A stretch of 64,000 bases of DNA. It comes from Lama glama. Lineage: Eukaryota. How positions within the stretch are numbered: the stretch's first letter is position 1; the number at the start of each line of letters is the position of its first letter. A program made the position numbers and the translations under genes. This document shows positions 1 to 11,865 of this stretch, piece by piece. A model generated the notes under the pieces. The model did not search any database and was not told the origin of the DNA. It saw only the letters and a list, made by a program, of their open reading frames with translations. Where the stretch lies: assembly GCA_028534125.1 (NCBI GenBank), contig CM052817.1:64048001-64112000 (forward strand), in the 5' to 3' direction.

Positions 1-402
1 AATTTCCTTGAAGGCAAGAAACATGTTTTACAGTAACTGATCTCTGTTTATGCAACTGATTTGGATTCTAGCCATCTGTAACTTGTATTTCTTCTATAAT
101 TTCTATTTTAACATTATCTCTAGGTTCTATTCTCCTAACCCCTCACGGCATCATCAGCTGGACAAATGAGTTGGCTCTCTTCCACAGTCTTATCTCCTAT
201 ATAATCATATCACTGTCACCAGCATAGCACACGCTCAGAAGAGCTCCTTGAGCCAGTTCACTCCTTCCCTGAATCAGAAGTCTAAAGCTTTCAAGATTCT
301 TTTGAAAACAGTTGTTCCATTAGACATCCTTCCCACTACTAAACAACTGTGGTTGCATATGACCCTCCTCCCATTAAACAGCATTAGATATGAGACACTT
401 TT

Positions 403-445
403 TTTTTAACATTTTTTATTGATTTATAATCATTTTACAATGTTG
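403..445 (-). mobile_element. Extremely 5'-truncated L1 3' end (43 bp)
   Basis: TSD atgagacactttt at 390-402 and 446-458, the second followed by aa (TTTT/AA endonuclease site). Insert resembles the L1 3' end at ~28490-28520. Confidence 0.8.
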
Positions 446-599
446 ATGAGACACTTTTAATGAGGCTTGTGATAGTCTATCTTTAAAGCTCTTTCTTCCA
501 ATGCACTAAATTAGAGCATACAATTGATGCTGAAAAGAAAATCATGCCAGACACTGTTCTCACAGTGCCAGATTACAGGAAACACAAAAATTCTTGTTC

Positions 600-1620
600 T
601 TACTATAGTTACATTCTAGTATAGGGAGAAAACAAATAAATAAAACAAGAAAATATCAGGTAATAATAAGGCTATACAGAAAAAAAAAACAGAGGGATGT
701 GATGGAATAGCTGATTCCTTTAGATTTGTTGGTTTGTGTACATTATAGAAGTGAGGCAACCGAGTTCCTATGAGATATTTGAGCTGTGACCTGAATGACA
801 AGAAGGAAGCTGTTATAGAAATATCTGAGGAAAGAGCATTCCTGGCTGGGGGAATAGCTGGTTCTATGGCTCTGAGGCAGGAATGAACTTGGCATTTTCA
901 GTAAACAGAAAGAAAGGTAATGTAAGGGGGGAAAGGGTTTAAAATTATGACAAAGATGCCAGCAGGATGGATTCCACGAGGCCTTGTAAGCCAGGGTAAG
1001 GAGTCTGGACTTTCTTCTAAGCAAGGTAGGAAGTTTTGAGGAGGTTTTAGCAGGAGAGTGATGGATCTGATTTACATTTTATACTGGTAACTCCAGCTGC
1101 TGTGTGGAGATTAGATTGTAAGGGGGCGAGAGAAAAAGTAGGAGGCCCTTAAAGAAATCTAGGCACTAGAAGATGGTGGTTTGGACCATGTCTTGTAATA
1201 GAGATAAAAGTAGACGGATGTGAAACATGTTTTGCAAGAAAGAAGAATCAGATGGTTTGGATGGTGGAGGAGGAGCAGGTAGGAAGGAACAGAGAATGGA
1301 AGGGAAGAGTAAACAATGAGTTCTAGGTTTTTGGTTTAAACAAAATGAGATGGTGAAGACTAGGAAAGAGACAGACTGGGGATGAAAGGATGATTTAAGT
1401 TTCTTTTTTTCCATATCAAATTTGAAATGTTTATGAGACAAGTAAGAGGAAGTATCATAGTAAGGCAGCTGGCTATACATATCTGGAACTCTCTGTCAGG
1501 ATTAGAGATGACATATAGCCTTGGGACTAAATGAAGACATCTGGGGAGAGAGTGTAGAGGAGAGAAGGGGAGAGAAGAGGGCCCACCACTATTGAGACGT
1601 GGGCAGAGGAGCTCTGAGTT
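600..1620 (-). mobile_element. L2 LINE fossil
   Basis: Purine-rich degenerate L2-like motifs (gacctgaatgacaagaaggaagc, gagtgatggatctgatttacatttt, ttgaaatgtttatgagaca). Boundaries approximate. Confidence 0.65.
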
Positions 1621-2444
1621 AAGAGGAAAAGCAGAGCATGAACTCCTCTTCTCTACTGAATTCTAGACTCCTACATCCAATGTCTATTTTATAATTGTTC
1701 CCAAACAATCAACAAGATATCCTTCTCCTATGTTACTGTTTAAAGAAATTCTAGGATCTGCCTGTGAGCCACTAGTCCAATGTGCTTATTTGTTCTAAGA
1801 AGACAAGTGTTTCCAACAACTTCCTTCCTTTGACTGATTCCTCTGCTGCTGCAGACCACCCACCAGTCATTTCTGAACTCAGCACACTCTGTTACCTGAC
1901 TTTGGCATCTTGTTCATGCTTTTCCTGACAGCACAAGTCCTATATTCCTTCTCTAGGGGGAGGATTTTTGTGTTTTGTTCTTGTTTTTGGCATTTTATGC
2001 CTGATTAAATTCCATCTCAGTAACTGAAGAGCTTCTTAAAAGAAGCATTTTGAGGTAGAAAACATGGGCAATAGTTTAATCTTCACCACCCACTCTAAGT
2101 GTAATCTTTGATAAATCCTTGAAACTCATATCACTATTACCTCACTTCTAAAATATATGCCTAAAGTTATGGAAAAAATATTAAGTGAGTGAGTGAATTT
2201 ATAAATGCATATAACATGTACCTGAGGACCAAAAGTTGGATCACCTGTCTTCCAGTGTGTAAGTCATTGTTATAGCCATTGTTTGCATATAGTTGGTGCT
2301 TAATAATTGTACTGCAGTGAGACCTTTTAGCACAAAGCCTCTATTACACTCAGAAGGAGCAGTCACCTCAAAGTCAGTTTTACTGTTTTACTTAGGACTA
2401 TGTTGCTAAAACCAAATGTCCCTCCTCTTCATCCTACTCAAAGA

Positions 2445-4198
2445 ATATGGTTTCCAAAGTGGGATGAGCAAAACAATAGGGAGCAAGAATAAAATATTAG
2501 ACTTGACACTTACATTTATTTTGTATCTAAAAAATATGAAGAGATTTATGCTTTTCTAATACTTAATATACTGACGGACACTCCTGTCCTCACTGGCTCC
2601 ACAAGTCAAATAGCATATAAGTAGGCCCAGTAGGGGCTGGCATCAAGGTGCTATAAATTGATTTCCTTTCAATGAATGCTACTGTACCGTGGTTTATGTG
2701 CTACACAGAACGTTGTCAATGTGATTAATTTTTTATAAAATAAGGTCTTTAAAATAATAGTGGAGCCTTTGTAATAAGCAAGAGCTGACCATGAAAATCT
2801 TTTTACCACATAGTAACCAGTTTACTGGCTTTCTTGTAGAAACGATTGTCCCAACTAAAAGCTGAATAACACTTACCTGTAAATAAACTTCACAAGTGTG
2901 TGAATTTATTAACCTTTACTATGAATACAAGTGACAGTCAGATACTTTTGAAAGAATAATACTCTTAATCAGTTTCTTCAAGGTAAAGGTGACATTTTCA
3001 ATAATGGAGGAGAAAGTTACTGTTGCTCAAAAGACATTTGTGCTAAGGAGAGAGCATTTTTTAAAATAGATACTTGGAAATGTTCCATTGTCATGCAATT
3101 TTGTTGCTGAAAACAATTTAAATGTTAAACTCTTAATATCTGCACACTTAAAAACTTGGAAATCGAGCTTTAAAGACTTTTTAAAAAGTCTTCCAAATGA
3201 ATAGTTTCAGTGAGTTTTGAACCTATTTCTTAAAAATATAAAAATGCAATAACTCCTGATTAGTTTGTGAGAACAGCTGACTGATATTGGGGATGATATA
3301 TGTTGCTAGCTGAATTTCAACAAAGCCCTTTGCATAATTGGGGATAGGATGGAAAAATGAGCATCACGATTTATCAAGCACAGCTAATGGTGCACTGCTT
3401 CCATCTGGTTGTACGTATTTTTGTGAGAAAGCTCTTTCAGCTAAAATAGCCATTAAAACCAACATGGGAGTAAACTGAACTTAGAACCATTTGAGCCACT
3501 ATATCAAAAGGTATTGAAACAAGATTTTTTTTTTGGTGGGGGGTGGGTCTCAGTTTTTTTGAAGCTTTTTTATTTTTTTAAATTTTTTAAAATTGAAGTA
3601 CAGTTATAATGTGTCAATTTCTAGGGTACAGCACAATGTCCCAGTCATGCATATACATACATGTATTCATTTTCATATTCTTTTTCACTAAAGGTTATTA
3701 CAAGATATTGAATATAGTTCCCTGTGCTATACAGAAGAAATTTGGCTCTTTTATCTGTTTTTATGGCTAACATTTGCAAGTCTTGGGATTCCCAAATTTA
3801 TCCCTTCCCACCCCTTTTCCTTGGTAACCATAAGATTATTTACTATGTCTGCGAGTCTGTTTCTGTTTTGTAAGATTTTTTTTGATTGATGAGGAATTGT
3901 CAACCAGATTGCTCTCACCAGAAAGGGCAAAGAGGCTGTTGAATCACTGATACATAGAATAAAATAATGTGAAAACTATTATTTAATCTTTTTATCTAAT
4001 CATTCTTAATTTCTATTTTAAGTTTGTTCTACAAAGTACACATTACAGTAGAACATTATTAAATATATAATAATTATATAATTATAATAATTATTTAATT
4101 ATGTAATATAATTGATAATTATGTATTTATAATATATTGAAATGTTCAAAAAATTTTAGTTAGGGGTGCATAGTCAAAAAGAAATTTGGAGACCACTG
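2445..4198 (+). mobile_element. hAT-Charlie DNA transposon fossil (Charlie2-like)
   Basis: Degenerate terminal inverted repeats atatggtttccaaa ... tttggagaccactg. hAT C-terminal dimerisation motif remnant LLPSGCTYFCEKALSA from 3395. Confidence 0.75.
3533..3871 (-). mobile_element. L1 3' fragment nested in the Charlie element
   Basis: TSD aagatttttttt at 3521 and 3872. L1 3' UTR sequence similar to 54975-55250. Confidence 0.8.
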
Positions 4199-4397
4199 CT
4201 TTAGTAGAACCAGTCCCATTATGCCTCAAATTCCTGTTTATTTCAGTCATCTTTGGAAGTACAAGTCCCTCTGCCATCCATTGCAGCCTGCTCTTTCATT
4301 CCAATACTGCTCTGTAATCTTCTTATCTGACGAAATCCCACTCCCATCTCAACCTTTCCACCCTGCCCTCAGTTTGAGTGTGAATCAACAAACTTCT

Positions 4398-4930
4398 TAT
4401 GGTAGCCAATCTCCACTGATGGCTACCAGTGGATCATAATCCTGGTATTGACATCATTGTGAGCCCCCTCCCTTGAAGCTGGACTGGCTCTGTGATTCAC
4501 TTTAATCAATAGAATGTGGCAGAAGTGATGATGTGTCTGTTCTGAGTGTAAGCCTCAAGGTCTGGCAGATTCCACTTCTGTGCTTTTGGGGGGCCCAAGC
4601 TGCCATGTTAGAAGTCCAGCTACACTCCTGGAAAGTTCCTGTGGAGAGGGAGAGACTCTGAGGCAAGAGAAAGAGACAGACAGACAGACACCCTGGCATC
4701 CCAGTTAAGCCCAGCTCTCCAGTCATCTCTCCTAAGACAACAGATACGTGAATGAGCCAATTGGATTTTCTAGCCCAAAGCCCCCAGTGACTTTAGCCCC
4801 ATATGACATCATGTGAATCAGAAGAATCACCCAGCTGAGCCCAGTCAACCTGATGTATCTTGAGAGATAACAAAATTGCTATTTTAAGCCACTGGTTTTG
4901 GTGTGATTTGTGAAGCAGCAATTGATAACA
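4398..4930 (+). mobile_element. MaLR solo LTR (MLT1E/F-like)
   Basis: Typical MLT1 motifs: caatagaatgtggcagaagtgatg, cccagctgagcccagtcaacc, ttttaagccact...gcagcaattgataaca. Confidence 0.75.
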
Positions 4931-5662
4931 AAACTTTCTGTTACATTCTCAATCTTCTGGAAACGTTCCCTTCCACCTTTCGACTAAAAACTGACTTTCC
5001 AGTGAGGACATTTACCCTACAGCCCTCTCAAGTGATATCTGTTTTTCCTCTCACACTCCACCTACTACAGAGCCAACAGACAGATTAGGTCTTCTCCTTT
5101 CCCCACTGTCCTCCTGCAGAGACCTCTGTTCTCCTGAAGCTCATGCCATCTGGCTATGTCCTTGTCTAAATCATGTTGCTGCCATCTGCTGATCTCTTGG
5201 CCATTCCTCTTCACTGGTAGATAACCTACCCCTTGGCTCACCCTCCACTCCTATTTTTGTCAGCATGCTCTGTGATTTCACCATCCATGTGGATGACTCA
5301 GCCTTATAACTTTCCTCTCAGTTCCTTGACTTCTTAACTTTTCCTCTACTCCTCTTCAGCCACCTGTTCCCATGGGTGTAACTTAGAACTTATAAACTGT
5401 ATCACCTTTGAAATATAAATGTAAAATATCTTATCCCTTTAGCTCACATGTGTTATTAACTGCTCTGCAACCATTCTTTGACCATATCAGAATCTCTAAA
5501 CAACGAAATATTGAAGAAAATAACCAAGCTGACATATTACACTTTTCATTGATAATTACAGACCTCACATAGGCATTAAACGCTGCCCAGTAATACTACT
5601 TAATTTCTGCATTAGGTTTGCATTCATAATTTTGGACACAACTACTTCATGCTGTCTCTTCT

Positions 5663-6209
5663 TGTTACCAGGAAAAGGGAAATAAAAATTACCTCGGTTC
5701 TTAGTCACCCCAAAAAAAAGAATTTTTAACGTGAAACAGAAAGCGTGATACAAGCATGATTTTTATTAGTTAAGTAAAAAGGCAGTAAAATATAGTACAC
5801 TCCTGAGAACTGGGAGCGGGCCGATCCAAGAGAGGAAAAATGGCGCCGCTTCTTTGTTTCTCTGTCTTATATCCTGGCTTAGGGGCGTTTTTTTTGTGAT
5901 TGAGTGATTGATTGATGGCTCAAGTTCTTTGAATGATCAGGCTGACTGACAGCTCAGGTTCCTGGTGCTCTGGCACGACCACCCCCTTTTGGCCAGGTTC
6001 ATTGGGTACAAAGTTACAGTGGGTCCTTCTCTTATGCGCAGCTGCATTGTTTTGATTTTAGCTGGTTTCTTTTGCTGGCCCTCATTTAGAGAAAGTAAAA
6101 GTTTCTGGAATGCTTTATCCTGAGTGCAGATGAAGTGTAATTTTCTTGGTTGTTCCTTTCCCCTTCTTCTCCCCCTACCCAGTGCTCATTTCTATCTAAC
6201 TGCCTAACA
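5663..6209 (-). mobile_element. ERV1-class solo LTR
   Basis: TG...CA termini (tgttacc...gcctaaca) with 4 bp TSD ttct. TATA-like (~5870) and AATAAA (~5762) motifs on the minus strand. Homologous to 14968-15484. Confidence 0.88.
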
Positions 6210-8145
6210 TTCTCCCTCAAACCTCTTAGCGCCCTTGCCCCTCTCCTTACTCTCCATTAATGATGCCACCTTCATGCTTCATAAATAAAATGAAGTTATT
6301 CAATGGAGACTCTCCATCTTCCTGTCATCAAATCTACCAACCCACCTATATCAGTAATTTTACTGCTGTTACAGAGATTCACTTCGGTGTCCATCTCTCA
6401 AGTCCATCTTCCAACTAGAACTCTGGACCCCCTTCCCCTCTGCCTTTCTGAAGGTTTTTACCTCCAGTTATTCTGTCAACTTTGCATCACCAATGGGCCA
6501 TTTACTTCAGTGTAAAAACAAAAAATCTTTAAAAATCCCTTACATTCTTTATTATGCCAGTTCTCTGCCCTGCTCCAGAGTAAAATTTCTTTTAAAAATG
6601 TACACAAGCTATCACCTATCTACCAGTCCTTCTTCAGATTCTAAATCTGGTTTCACTTCCCAGTGTTCACAAAAATTACTCTTGCAGAATCACCGACAAT
6701 CTTTTCTTTGCCAAATCCAAGGAACATAATTCTGTTGCCGTCTTATTTCTCTCCCAGTTTTCCCCATTTGAATTCATGGCTCCACCATCACCCAGTCACT
6801 TAAACCAGAAATCCCAGCCTTAATTAGCCTTAATTACCTGGCCTTAATTCCTCCTTGACAGTGTCCCCTAATCTAATTAGTCAGCAAGTACAGCCTTTCT
6901 ACCTCTAGACCTCTAATCCTTTTACTTTTCTCCTCCACTACAGTTACCCTGGTGCAAGCCACACCATCTCTCAAATCAGCTAGGAACTGATAGCCTCTTA
7001 GATGCTCTTCTTATTTCTACTTGTCTCCATAGCAGCCAGGGTGATCTTTCCAAATTGTGTATCAGTATATGAAACCCCACTACTAAAAACCTTTCACTGT
7101 TTGTTGTTTGTATTTAGAATGAAATTCAAACTCTGTATCATGGCCTGTAAGACCCATCTGATGGAACTATAAGGGTAATATTCATGCCCCCCTTCCCCTC
7201 CACTCATTCCGTAGAAAGGAAAAAACTCTGCAGGAAGCAAAGCATGGAAATTTTCCCCTTCTCTCTCAGCAACTGCTCCATCTACTCTCCTCACTTAGTG
7301 TTCCTTCCCCTGAGTAGGAAGAGGGAATTATCTCACTGCTGAGATGGCAATGGGAACTGAGAACGTGTGGCTCAGAGACTTCTTGGGTTCCTTCCTTCAG
7401 AATGGCTTACTTCTCTGCCCTTTAGAAACTAGTCAGCCCTTGGAGGAAAGCCTGCAGTTCAGTTCTGCTGGGGACAAGCGGGGAGGCAGATTTATTCAGG
7501 CTGATGGCAGTGGGAGGAGTATTAGGAAGCCCTTTTGACTGTGTTCTCCAATCAGCAGAATCAGTAAGATCTCTGTCTAATCTGATTCCCGAGTCCTATA
7601 TCCCACTTGGTTTTAAATTCTGGAATAACACAGAGGGTTTTTTTTTTTTTTTTTTGCATCCATTAAAGCCCCAAACTCTACAGTCCTAGACTTTTCACTA
7701 CCTTTGCAACTTCATTTTTGCCACTCTCCCTGGCTTACTAGGCTTCAGTTACTCTGGCCTTCTTTCATTTCCCAAAAAATAGCCACAGTTTTCCTGCCTC
7801 AGAATCTTTGCACTTGTAGGTCCCACTGCCTGAAGAGCTCCTCCTCTGGCTTTTTGCATGATCTGCTTCTTGTCTTCAGGTCTCAGATTAATTATCATAT
7901 TCTAACAGTGGCATTCCCACACGATGTTATATAAAGTTACTTCCCCACTGTCGTTTTTGTCTGTCACAGCTCCTTATCTGCTACCCTCATAGTGCTTGTC
8001 ACATCTTTTATGTTTTGGTTATTTATTTGCTTGTTTGTCCTCCTTTCTTAAATCTGCTCAATGAGGGAACAAGGCATAATTGTTCACTGTTATATCCTCA
8101 TATCTTAGCTCACATTAGGCTGGTGGTATTTGTTGAAAAAATGAA
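6210..8145 (+). mobile_element. L2 LINE fossil segments, interrupted by an old LTR-like element at ~7165-7682
   Basis: Pyrimidine-rich L2 motifs (cagccagggtgatctttcc, cctgcctcagaatctttgcact) and an L2-type 3' end tatttgttgaaaaaatgaa. Confidence 0.6.
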
Positions 8146-8642
8146 GGACTACATGAAAATAGCAATTTAGAATTAAAACTTGGCTTGCTGACTTGATAAT
8201 TACAAAGTGTAAATTCCAATTAATTTCCAGATGAATTTTTAATATTCCTATAATTGTTTTGTTCCTAGAAAACCAGAAATTGGTTTATCCATCATAAAAA
8301 CCAGTTTCGAGAGATGATTACTTCAAGAATATGAGTCAATTTAATCAATGACGTTTATTGAAAGGGTCCATATATAGAAGTGTTACTAGGTTCTAGGGAG
8401 CAAAAAGGGACATAAAAAGTGGATCTGGATAGTGGATCTAGAAAGAAAATAATGTATACCTATGAAATGATTTACACACATATATAAAATAAAAAGTCTA
8501 TTTTCCAGCATGATTAGAGAACTAGTTAATAAATTTATCAGTATAATCACATATACATATCACATATGTATCACCTATACATACAGGTTTTTTTCAAATT
8601 TTCATATATTTAATGGAACAAAATAAATTTGATATTAACTAC

Positions 8643-9601
8643 TGAGGTAGGCAGAATAATGCTCTCCACCCACGAGATGTCCACATTTCAAGTCCCTGGA
8701 ATCTGTCAATATGTTACCCTACATGGCATTAGGGACTTTGCAGATGTGATTAAATTTAAGGATCATGAGATGAGAAGATTATCCTGGATTATTTTAAAAT
8801 AATACACACATGTGAACACCAAGCCTGGACTCCCTACTTGGCCCTGTTTCTATGATATTAATTTGGACCCTGAAATTGAGCAGGTGAATGCCCTGTCTAA
8901 AAAGTCAGACATCTTTAAGACGCTACTTTGAAAATTTGGCCAGTGTTTATTCAGGCCTATCGTCAGGAAGGATGGGAAAGTTGAGAGAAGTCAGTCTCTT
9001 CCCCAGAGATCTTCTGAAATAAGTAGTGGGAGTTCCCCCAGAAACCTTTCTTTGATATTAATTCCCATCACTATGTATAAATTAGCATAAATCATACACA
9101 TGGCTAATCACTTTATTGAGAATAAAAGTAAATAGATTTGCAAAAAAAATTTTTTTAAGAAGAAAGAAAAATTCCTATGAAAATTAATTGGAATTTACAG
9201 TTCATAATTACCATGTCAGCAAGCCAGGTATTACTTCTAAATTGCTATTGTCATATAATCATTCATACACACCCACAAAGCCAGTGGGCCCAGTATAATC
9301 GTGAGGGTCCTTATAAGGGAAAGAAATAGGCAGGAGAGTGAGAGGAGGAGCTGGGGTTGCAGGCTGGAAGGGACTCACAGCTCAGGAAAGTGGGCTGCCT
9401 TTGGAAGCTAGAAAAGGCAAGGAAACAAATGTTCCTCCAGAACTTCCAGAAAGGAATGAAACCCCGCTGACACTTCGATTTTAGCCCAGTGAACTCCATT
9501 TTAGACTCCTGACCTCCAGAACTGTAGGATAATAAATCTGTGTTGTTTTAAGCCACTCGTTTTGTGGTAATTTGTTACAGCAGCCGTAGGAAACAAATAC
9601 A
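8643..9601 (+). mobile_element. MLT1D-like MaLR LTR split by a ~490 bp insertion (8793-9280)
   Basis: Start tgaggtaggcagaataat...ggattat, resumes at ccagtgggccc, ends gttacagcagccgtaggaaacaaataca. Confidence 0.8.
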
Positions 9602-11685
9602 AGTACGTTAAGCAAACTTCTTTCAGTCCTTAATACTTCAGAATCTTGCAGCCCCTCAGGATCACCATTAAAAGAGGCAATTATCAGTGAACTGTCAGTA
9701 AATAGGCATGCTGGTTAATGAGGCTTTTCTATTCAGAAGTCTGAATAAGCCAGTTTTTATTATAGAAGCTTCCTAAGCAGTAAGAATTGCTTAATCAGGG
9801 TTGCATGAGATTACATTAGGATGTCTCCTTAAGGAAGTCTTTAGGTGAATTTTAAAGTAGGGAAAAGAGGACCCCTGAAAAGGAAATGGTGGAGACTTCA
9901 AGAGGATCTGGGAAAATCTGAAGCTTAGGGAAAATGGGCAATTACTAGTGATTAGGGCTACACAAAATATATGAAGTAAGCCAGATGATCTAATCAGAAC
10001 TCCTTTTTTGAATTATCTCATTTTAATCTAAAACACCACTCTTAAAATGCTTACATCTATTTCACAAGAGGAATGGATGGGTTTAAGCCTATTGGCATAG
10101 ATTACTAGATTAGATTCTGTTGAAAAGAAAATCATCCTTAATTAGAAACCAAACCAGACTGTTAACCTTGATGGTGTGGAGGAGTAGGTAAGATAAAATA
10201 CAGGTGTTTCTCTTCAATGTTATAGTGGAGGTGAGGTCGGGGTGAGTAAACAAGTTGATGTGAGGTGATGTGATGAAATGGAAGGAGCGTGGACTTTGAA
10301 ATCAAATAGACTTGGTTCAAATTCCAGCTCTACCTTTTATTGGTCATGTGACATTAGGCAAATTAATTAAAATATCTTGTTTCTCCATTTCCTTATCTGT
10401 AAAATAGTATTAGATGTTAGTGTGCCATGTGAGTTTTTGACACATAAATAATACCAAGAGCATCAGACTAATTTCAATTACTTCACAGTTTTGCCTTGAC
10501 CAGCCCAGGGTAGGAGGAATGGAATGTTTTAAGATTTGGAGGAGTTCTCTGGCAAGTCTGTGAGGATGCGCACATGTGGGTGGGTGGGGTGGAGAGTGGA
10601 GATAATTTTAGGTAGTAGAACCGAATGCCTCTAGCAGAATCGAGCACCCTAAGAAACATATTCCTTAAATCTGAAAGATAGTTCATGGGTTCTCTCCTTG
10701 ACAGACCTATTATAATTTATAATATTTACAAAGAAGAAATTTGAGAGTCAAAGTAAACTGTCCCAAAAGACAACTTAACGGCCCCAGAGGTAGTCAGAGG
10801 TGGAATGGGACTCAGCATTCTTGTGTCCTGAACTCTTTTTCTCTATGGTAATGTACCCAACCATCAGGTCTCTTGGTGTTCTCAAGCCATATTTATTTTA
10901 CTTTGGCACAATTTTCTCATTATTATGAAACATAAAAGACAAAATGAGGTGAGAAAACTCTGTAAGGAGTCTGTAAACTGAGATGTCATTCTCTGAGCTG
11001 GTATCTCACTAGCAACACTTTAAGGGCTGAGTTAAATTTGAAGTTTAGAGGAAGAAAAGGAAACAAAGGTTACTCGTACTTATCAAATGATTTAAAAACA
11101 CACAAGTGTAATGAATTCCTGCATGTTATGATTTAGAATCCTAGATGCACAGCAAGCTTCTAACCCTCCTTTGAGTATATGTACTGCCAAAGCCAGCACC
11201 TAACCCCCTTTTAATGCAACAGGATGCAAAGCCAACTGAAATTAAAATAGGCTAAATATTATTTCAAGAATAATTGAGCCTATATCCTAATCAAAAGCAG
11301 CTTTATTAAATATACAAACATAAAATATAATAGCAACAGAGATTCTGTCTTTTATATTTGTAAAGTTCAGAGAAGCAGGAGCAAAAAAAAATTTCTTTTA
11401 AAGACAAACGGACTTCAAATGAAAGTATTTTACAACATAGTATTTTTTAATCTGTTGAGGTCACACAAAATATAAGGTATTTTCCCTCAGCACATTTATC
11501 TACATATTATTGCAAGGAGGATTTGAGTCAGAGAAGTTTAGATCTGACTTCTGCTTCCTATATTTCTTAGTTATAGGTCCTAAATAAAATTATTTAACCC
11601 CTCTTAACATACTTCATCATTTGTAAAGCTGAGATAATAATACCTCACACTTGGTACCGTTATATTATTTAAAATAAATAATTCT

Positions 11686-11865
11686 GGGGGGAGGGTATAG
11701 CTCAAGTGGTAGACACAAGCTTAGCATACAAAAGGTTCTGGGTTCAATCCCCAGTACCTCCTCTAAAAATAAATAAGTAAATCCAACTACCTCCCCCCGA
11801 CCAATAAAAATAAATAAATAAATAAAAATATATAAAAGAAATTTATAAAAAAAATTTAGAAAAAT
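11686..11865 (+). mobile_element. Vic-1-type camelid SINE (tRNA-Ala-derived)
   Basis: ggggagggtatagctcaagtggtaga...gggttcaatccccagtacctcc (A and B boxes), A-rich tail, TSD aaaataaataattct / aaaataaacaatcct. Confidence 0.85.

Noticed and set aside
6816..6850. Three copies of gccttaatt
   Set aside because: Short slippage duplication inside an L2 fossil; no repeat-spacer array structure.
11686..11762. Functional tRNA gene
   Set aside because: Mismatched stems, an A-rich tail and a TSD identify a SINE. The same applies at 39562 and 50094.
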